Source: a virus
Direction: 5' to 3' (one strand)
DNA: 5,217 nucleotides
IMG/VR virus record: IMGVR_UViG_3300045988_004880
Location: 1 to 5,217 of that record
Shown in pieces: positions 1 through 3,770 of the stretch. The position numbers were made by a program, and so were the translations under genes. The notes under the pieces were generated by a model. The model made no database searches. It was not told where the DNA came from and was given only the letters and a program-made list of their open reading frames with translations. Within the stretch, counting starts at the first letter, position 1. Every line of letters begins with the position of its first letter.

Positions 1-141
1 AAGCTTCCTGATAACCAAAAACCTCATTATCCTGGGCGGTGCCCTGGGCGTAAATTTCCTTGTTCAAAATAGGCTGCTCACCGATATTGGCAAAGACGGG
101 GAAATAGTAGTCCAGGCGGTCACGACGAGACCAGAAACGCT
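1..141. repeat. Terminal direct repeat, copy 1 (identical to 5077..5217); signature of circular contig closure
   Basis: Base-by-base comparison: aagcttcctgataaccaaaaacc...cgagaccagaaacgct occurs at both 1-141 and 5077-5217 with no mismatch. It lies inside the VP1 coding sequence. Confidence 0.97.
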
Positions 142-1384
142 CAAGGCCCTGCTGGTAAGTATGGTCATAGCGGGCGACCATAATGCCAATCACAAAGCCG
201 TGCTCAACGAAAGACTTGATAAAGTCACCATGAACGTCAGTAGTAACAGAAAAAGCGGCAGTATCGCCGAGAGGAGTACCAGAAGATTGAGTAGCCGAGG
301 ATTGGACAACCTGGTTGATATTAACAGGAATACGGTTGCCGCCAAGATACTCAGGGCGCTGAAGGCGAGCATCGGGAGAAGTAACGCCAAAATGAGACTT
401 AAGGATTTCAATATACCTAGTACCTCCTCTAGCATCCTTCTCGTAAAGCTTCTGAATCTGAAAAGCCATGCGGAGCTGATTAATAGTAGTCGCAGAAACG
501 GAACCGTCATTGATGGCCCAAAGATTAGTGGGGGTAAAAAAAACAGCATTACCGCTAGGAGCATTCTGAGAAGCCCAAACAGAACCAGGCTCGGGAGAGT
601 CACTCTTGTTAATAGAAATGACATTATAGGGCATGTCATCAAAAGTCTTAACACGGATGGGGTAAGAAGACACACCCTCAATATCTTTCGGCAAAGCTTG
701 AACGGGATAATTCGCGCCACCAGAAACAGAGATAGTCACATCGGGGCCCTTCTGAGGAGCGGGAAGGGCGCTAGTAAAATAGTCATGGAACTTAGCGGCC
801 TTGAAGGGCATACCACCTTTGACAACATCGGTGATATAGTTAGTGCCATTAGAACCTGCAAGGGTAGCGTCATCCACGGGGATATTGAGAGGATCGGAAA
901 GATTCTCATCACGAAACCACTCGTTCATAATGAGAGCGTAGGCCCGGAAGGGCAGCGCGTTAACAGAAAGATTGGCAACACCAGTAGGGATGCCCATATA
1001 GTCGGCAATCGAGCCAATAGACCAGCCACCAGAGGGGGCAGTCACCTGGGGGACAGAATACTCGGTCTTGGGAATCCAGGCAGACTGTGTATTTTCGCCC
1101 ATGAGCTCACGCCAATGCTGCCAGACAATACGGTTGGGGACAAAGTAAAAATAGGTATCCAGGTAAAGATTATCCATCATGGGAGTAAGCAGAGTTTGGA
1201 GGCGAGCCACCATAGAAGTTTTCAGTTGGAAGGTATCGCCAGGAAGAACCTCGTCAACATAGAAGGGGATAACGTCTCCGACGTTGAAACTGAGTTTAAC
1301 ACTATGGTCACGCCGAAAAGTGCTACGAGCAATATCAAGATTAGTAGGATTAAGAGCAAATCTTGTATTTTCATTACGAGACAA
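1..1384 (-). CDS. VP1: Major capsid protein VP1 (Microviridae F-type coat), 5' portion: codons 1-461 plus 1 nt. It continues across the circular junction into 5076..4805. The full gene is 1,656 nt, i.e. 551 aa plus stop.
   Basis: I hand-translated the minus-strand frame from 1384 to position 1 and found no stop. Sequence blocks: (M)SRNENTRFALNPTNLDIARSTFRRDHSVKLSFNVGDVIPFYVDEVLPGDTFQLKTSMVARLQTLLTPMMDNLYLDTYFYFVPNRIVWQHW ... LPFRAYALIMNEWFRDENL ... TINQLRMAFQIQKLYEKDARGGTRYIEILKSHFGVTSPDARLQRPEYLGGNRIPV. These are the conserved blocks I recognise from Microviridae F/VP1 capsid proteins. Start is TTG 1384-1382, 6 nt after GGAGGT (1396-1391). The upstream in-frame stop is TAA 1486-1484, with no in-frame ATG before codon 58. 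The ORF track misses this gene because it runs off the window edge. Confidence 0.95.
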   Translation of the reverse strand, partial: MSRNENTRFALNPTNLDIARSTFRRDHSVKLSFNVGDVIPFYVDEVLPGDTFQLKTSMVARLQTLLTPMMDNLYLDTYFYFVPNRIVWQHWRELMGENTQSAWIPKTEYSVPQVTAPSGGWSIGSIADYMGIPTGVANLSVNALPFRAYALIMNEWFRDENLSDPLNIPVDDATLAGSNGTNYITDVVKGGMPFKAAKFHDYFTSALPAPQKGPDVTISVSGGANYPVQALPKDIEGVSSYPIRVKTFDDMPYNVISINKSDSPEPGSVWASQNAPSGNAVFFTPTNLWAINDGSVSATTINQLRMAFQIQKLYEKDARGGTRYIEILKSHFGVTSPDARLQRPEYLGGNRIPVNINQVVQSSATQSSGTPLGDTAAFSVTTDVHGDFIKSFVEHGFVIGIMVARYDHTYQQGLERFWSRRDRLDYYFPVFANIGEQPILNKEIYAQGTAQDNEVFGYQEA

Positions 1385-1413
1385 GTTAATACCTCCAGTC
1401 TGTAACGGTTGTT

Positions 1414-1440
1414 CAAAAGGAGGGGCCCATGGGGCCCCTC
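1414..1440 (-). terminator. GC-rich hairpin 2 (9-bp stem, 3-nt loop) followed by CTTTTG on the coding strand; resembles an intrinsic terminator or attenuator, but could instead be an ssDNA structural signal
   Basis: Minus strand reads GAGGGGCCC-CAT-GGGCCCCTC (1440..1420), then C TTTT G (1419..1414). It lies about 20 nt upstream of the VP1 SD. The T-tract is short (4 T), so terminator function is uncertain. Confidence 0.35.
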
Positions 1441-1454
1441 GCTCTCTGTTGTTC

Positions 1455-1475
1455 ACACGGCCAGGGCGGCCGTGT
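1455..1475 (-). other. GC-rich hairpin 1 in the VP3-VP1 intergenic region (8-bp stem, 5-nt loop)
   Basis: Minus strand reads ACACGGCC-GCCCT-GGCCGTGT; the arms 1475-1468 and 1462-1455 are exact reverse complements. Confidence 0.6.
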
Positions 1476-1518
1476 AGGCTGCTTTAATCAGATTCAGCCA
1501 ATGTCAGGAATGTTAAAT

Positions 1519-2031
1519 TTAACCAGCGGGTGAGGCTGGCGCGGGGTCTGTCTCACCTCCTTTCGGGCCCTGTGAGGCCGCTGGCGGCTCACCAGCGGGA
1601 TTTTGGGAGGTGGGTGGTGTAACCATACCCATAGCCTCTAACCAGCTCTCAGAACCTGCCTGGGCGAGCCAAACATGGAAGGATTGGCCGAACTTCTCAC
1701 GGGTCTCGAGAGGTAAGCTCATAAACGTCTGCTCGGCCTCTATCATGTGATTAAGCAGCCCGGCATAAGTCTGGGGCATCTGGGAAAAATCACCAAACAT
1801 ACCTTGCACCTTTTGCAGGACGGCAGTATCACCAGCGTTAAACCTGTCCATGATTTTATGGAGGTCAACGGAATCTTTGTGGCTCTGGATAAAGGCATAG
1901 AGGTCTTCTTTGCCGCTCTCCTTGAGGGTCATAACGCCAAAGCGGTCAAACTCGGGGGAGTAAAGAATCTTCTCGCCGCAACCAGGCTCGGAACAAAAAT
2001 GCTGCTGTTCGCGGTGCCAAGTCTCAAACAT
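1519..2031 (-). CDS. VP3: VP3 internal scaffolding protein (gokushovirus), 170 aa, with an atypical Pro/Ala/Gly-rich C-terminal tail
   Basis: ATG 2031-2029 lies 5 nt after GGAGGA (2042-2037) and overlaps the VP5 stop (AATGTTTGA). The blocks EDLYAFIQSHKDSVDLHKIMDRFNAGD ... FGDFSQMPQTYAGLLNHMIEAEQTFMSLPLETREKF resemble the conserved layout of gokushovirus VP3. Stop TAA 1521-1519. Confidence 0.85.
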   Translation of the reverse strand: MFETWHREQQHFCSEPGCGEKILYSPEFDRFGVMTLKESGKEDLYAFIQSHKDSVDLHKIMDRFNAGDTAVLQKVQGMFGDFSQMPQTYAGLLNHMIEAEQTFMSLPLETREKFGQSFHVWLAQAGSESWLEAMGMVTPPTSQNPAGEPPAASQGPKGGETDPAPASPAG

Positions 2032-2296
2032 TGGCTTCCTCCTTTTTCATAGCACGAAGGACTTCCGCGCCATCAGAAACGAGCTCATGCACCGGGGCCG
2101 GAACAAGAACGCCCTTATCAGTATCAAACTCACCAATACGGAAAAGCTGAAAATCGGAAGCATGGGTAAAAAGCACGCCGTGGGATTCCATAATGGCATT
2201 CGCAAAGTTGCGAGCCGCGATATAGTCATTCTGATCGACAGTAGGGGTGAGAAAGCCCGAACGAACGTCACGAATGGAATAAACGTTAAGCATCAT
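2024..2296 (-). CDS. VP5: VP5 nonstructural protein (gokushovirus ORF5 family, proposed role in DNA synthesis/packaging), 90 aa
   Basis: ATG 2296-2294 lies 8 nt after GGAGGA (2310-2305). Translation: MMLNVYSIRDVRSGFLTPTVDQNDYIAARNFANAIMESHGVLFTHASDFQLFRIGEFDTDKGVLVPAPVHELVSDGAEVL... The pattern ...D(F/Y)xLFxIGEFDxxxGxL.P is what I recognise from gokushovirus VP5. The longer 134-aa form in the track (start 2428) has no SD and adds a Trp/Ser-rich extension that is an off-frame read of the acidic ORF. Confidence 0.85.
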   Translation of the reverse strand: MMLNVYSIRDVRSGFLTPTVDQNDYIAARNFANAIMESHGVLFTHASDFQLFRIGEFDTDKGVLVPAPVHELVSDGAEVLRAMKKEEANV

Positions 2297-2471
2297 TTTT
2301 ATCATCCTCCAAAAAACCAGATAGCTCAATGAGCCGGATTTGCAGTTCCAGGGCGAGGAACTCATAAAAATCGAGCTCCATATCGAGAGAGCGCCAAACT
2401 TTGGCAGCCAGCTCATAACAGTCGGCATCGAGATTCAGCCGGACACAGACGGTAGCACGTTCGTCATTCAC
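2286..2471 (-). CDS. Hypothetical small acidic protein, 61 aa (orphan; no family recognised)
   Basis: GTG 2471-2469 overlaps the upstream TGA stop in a GTGA coupling arrangement and lies 8 nt after GGAGGT (2485-2480). Translation: MNDERATVCVRLNLDADCYELAAKVWRSLDMELDFYEFLALELQIRLIELSGFLEDDKNDA, with 15 Asp/Glu against 6 Arg/Lys. It fills the only stretch (2297-2467) not covered by a recognised gene in an otherwise gap-free genome. Third codon positions are C/T-rich like those of its neighbours. Caveat: the SD is itself encoded by the conserved RGGI codons of the upstream gene. Confidence 0.55.
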   Translation of the reverse strand: MNDERATVCVRLNLDADCYELAAKVWRSLDMELDFYEFLALELQIRLIELSGFLEDDKNDA

Positions 2472-2581
2472 ATCCTGATACCTCCACGATAGATTTTAGG
2501 ATTCACATTGATTCGCTTAGAATTGACAGCGGTGTGACGAAATACCTGCCTATCCTGAGAACGCCTCATTCTTCGAGCCAT
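2468..2581 (-). CDS. Small arginine-rich DNA-binding/packaging peptide (phiX174 J / gokushovirus ORF8-like), 37 aa; not in the supplied ORF track
   Basis: ATG 2581-2579 lies 8 nt after AGGGAG (2595-2590) and 2 nt after the VP4 stop. Translation: MARRMRRSQDRQVFRHTAVNSKRINVNPKIYRGGIRM, with 11 Arg/Lys against 1 acidic residue. The C-terminal RGGIR(M/L) ending resembles the small basic proteins of gokushoviruses. Stop TGA 2470-2468. Confidence 0.75.
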   Translation of the reverse strand: MARRMRRSQDRQVFRHTAVNSKRINVNPKIYRGGIRM

Positions 2582-2583
2582 AA

Positions 2584-3714
2584 TTACAACTCCCTTCTCA
2601 AATTTTTTATACGGTTATGGAGCACACGCTCCTGGGTCTCGAGAATTTCTTCGTAAGTCATGGTGGACTGGGCCAGCTTGGCCTTCTTGCCTTCCTCAGC
2701 AAAGTGCTTGCGCTTGGCCTTAATCGCAGCCATCACCTCAGGTTGTTCCAAATCAAAAAGCTTATCAAAATACTTAGGGGGGCGAATCTTGCGACCACCA
2801 TCAGGGGTGGAAATAGAGATAGTATCATACTCCATGCACTCGGGATGATCATCATACCATTGACGGCCAATACCAGGACGGCGAGACATATCGACATACT
2901 CGGGTTGAATGTTAAACGTCTGGTAGACATCGGCCTCGGGGCCAGAGGCTTTCTTAAGGACGTACCGGGCAACGTAAGCGCATGTCTCCCAATTAACTTG
3001 ACCAACCAAGGCATAGCCGATAGGCTTCCGGATGCAAGGGGTGTCATACTCCCCTTTCTGTTCTACCACACTCCAAGCCCGTTGTAAAGACTCCGAGTAA
3101 AAATACTGATATCCGACATCGCCACGCCGGATATCCTGCACGGGAATCAAGTCATGCAAGTGGAGACCAAAAACTATTGCATGGTAGTGAGGGCGGAAGG
3201 TCGTGGAGCCATACTCACCACAAGCAAAATAGCGAATGTGGTCATCGGGGAAAGCTTTGCGAAGACGCTTCCAAAACAACTGTAAATCTCTCTTACACAG
3301 TGAAAGGGACTGCATCGCCTCTCCGGTCTCCGGATCAGCATACCAGTGACGGGGTACATGCTCCTCATCATAAGTCAAGGTCAAAAAATAAGCCGAATCG
3401 TGATACTCAAGCTCCATCATACAGCGATTGGCCCAATCACGGGAGCGGGCAATCCGACAGCCTTCACACTTGCCGCAGGGAATCTCAACCCAGTCAAGCC
3501 AAGCCTTTTCAGAATAAGCAGAAATCTCGGGAACATCGGAAGTACAAATGCGACCCTTGCGCAGCTCCAAATGATGAACACCATAAGGGACTATCTTCAT
3601 ATCTGCCTTGCCGTTCTTCGTGGTGCCGATTCTAAATCCCTTCAAAGGATGGAAACAAGCTATAAAATCACCCTCTCCGCACTCGGTTGGTCTGGTGGTG
3701 TCAGTGGGAACCAA
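2584..3714 (-). CDS. VP4: VP4 replication initiation protein (HUH rolling-circle endonuclease, analogue of phiX174 A), 376 aa; the start codon is uncertain
   Basis: Motif 1 is FLTLTYD (aa 110-116). Motif 2 is the HUH sequence HYHAIVF (3189..3169, verified CAC TAC CAT GCA ATA GTT TTT). Motif 3 has two tyrosines, YVARYVLKK (2976..2950, verified). A Cys cluster PCGKCEGCR and an N-terminal CFHPL are typical of gokushovirus VP4. The only canonical start upstream of CFHPL is TTG 3714-3712; an in-frame ATT at 3750-3748 is a remote alternative. Stop TAA 2586-2584. Confidence 0.92.
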   Translation of the reverse strand: MVPTDTTRPTECGEGDFIACFHPLKGFRIGTTKNGKADMKIVPYGVHHLELRKGRICTSDVPEISAYSEKAWLDWVEIPCGKCEGCRIARSRDWANRCMMELEYHDSAYFLTLTYDEEHVPRHWYADPETGEAMQSLSLCKRDLQLFWKRLRKAFPDDHIRYFACGEYGSTTFRPHYHAIVFGLHLHDLIPVQDIRRGDVGYQYFYSESLQRAWSVVEQKGEYDTPCIRKPIGYALVGQVNWETCAYVARYVLKKASGPEADVYQTFNIQPEYVDMSRRPGIGRQWYDDHPECMEYDTISISTPDGGRKIRPPKYFDKLFDLEQPEVMAAIKAKRKHFAEEGKKAKLAQSTMTYEEILETQERVLHNRIKNLRREL

Positions 3715-3740
3715 TATATCAAGATAGTATTGGTTCCCAC
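3704..3740 (-). other. Perfect 13-bp stem / 11-nt loop hairpin at the VP2-VP4 junction; candidate rolling-circle (virion-strand) origin and/or translational operator of rep
   Basis: Minus strand reads GTGGGAACCAATA-CTATCTTGATA-TATTGGTTCCCAC (3740..3704). The arms 3740-3728 and 3716-3704 are exact reverse complements. CTTGATAT (3723..3716) runs from the loop into the first base of the 3' arm and matches the phiX174 origin core around the A-protein nick site (CAACTTG/ATATTAAT). The 3' arm contains the rep TTG start. GGAGGGT (3747-3741) abuts the 5' arm. Confidence 0.5.
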
Positions 3741-3770
3741 ACCCTCCAATTTTCAGCCTCAGTCGTTAGC

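Noticed and set aside
1-141. The 141-nt terminal repeat as a biological direct terminal repeat, LTR or duplication
   Set aside because: It interrupts the capsid gene in frame, and removing one copy gives an intact 551-codon VP1. Microviridae genomes are covalently closed circles. The length equals a common maximum assembler k-mer.
161-1405. The 414-aa plus-strand ORF, the longest entry in the ORF track, as a real gene
   Set aside because: It is the exact codon-aligned antisense of VP1, whose minus-strand translation carries unmistakable capsid motifs. The plus-strand product is Arg/Asn/Ser/Ile-rich with no recognisable domain, and there is no SD before ATG 161. Its openness is explained by the absence of TTA/CTA/TCA codons in VP1.
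1385-1518. A sigma70-type promoter in the VP3-VP1 spacer (for example CTGACA ... TAAAGC, or TTGAAC ... TATTAA)
   Set aside because: The best combinations have poor -10 hexamers (3-4 of 6 matches) or wrong spacing (15 or 19 nt), and one would produce a transcript lacking the VP1 SD. None is good enough to call from sequence alone.
2024-2428. The long 134-aa version of VP5 starting at ATG 2428
   Set aside because: There is no SD upstream of 2428. The 44-aa extension (MPTVMSWLPKFGALSIWSSIFMSSSPWNCK...) is an off-frame reading of the acidic ORF. The VP5-like sequence begins at MMLNVYS, where a GGAGGA lies 8 nt upstream of ATG 2296.
3313-3324. A possible internal in-frame initiation in rep (Met134, ATG 3315, preceded by GGAGAGG), analogous to phiX174 A*
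   Set aside because: The SD-like element is only 2-5 nt from the ATG. The product would lack motif 1, and nothing in the sequence distinguishes this site from an ordinary internal Met. It cannot be supported without conservation or proteomic data.
3717-3733. A CRESS-virus-like nonanucleotide (TAGTATTGG versus TAGTATTAC) on the plus strand of the rep-proximal hairpin
   Set aside because: It matches only 7 of 9 positions, lies on the non-coding strand, and sits half in the stem rather than in the loop. The Rep is of the two-tyrosine phiX174 type, for which the CTTG/ATAT reading on the coding strand is the more appropriate analogy.
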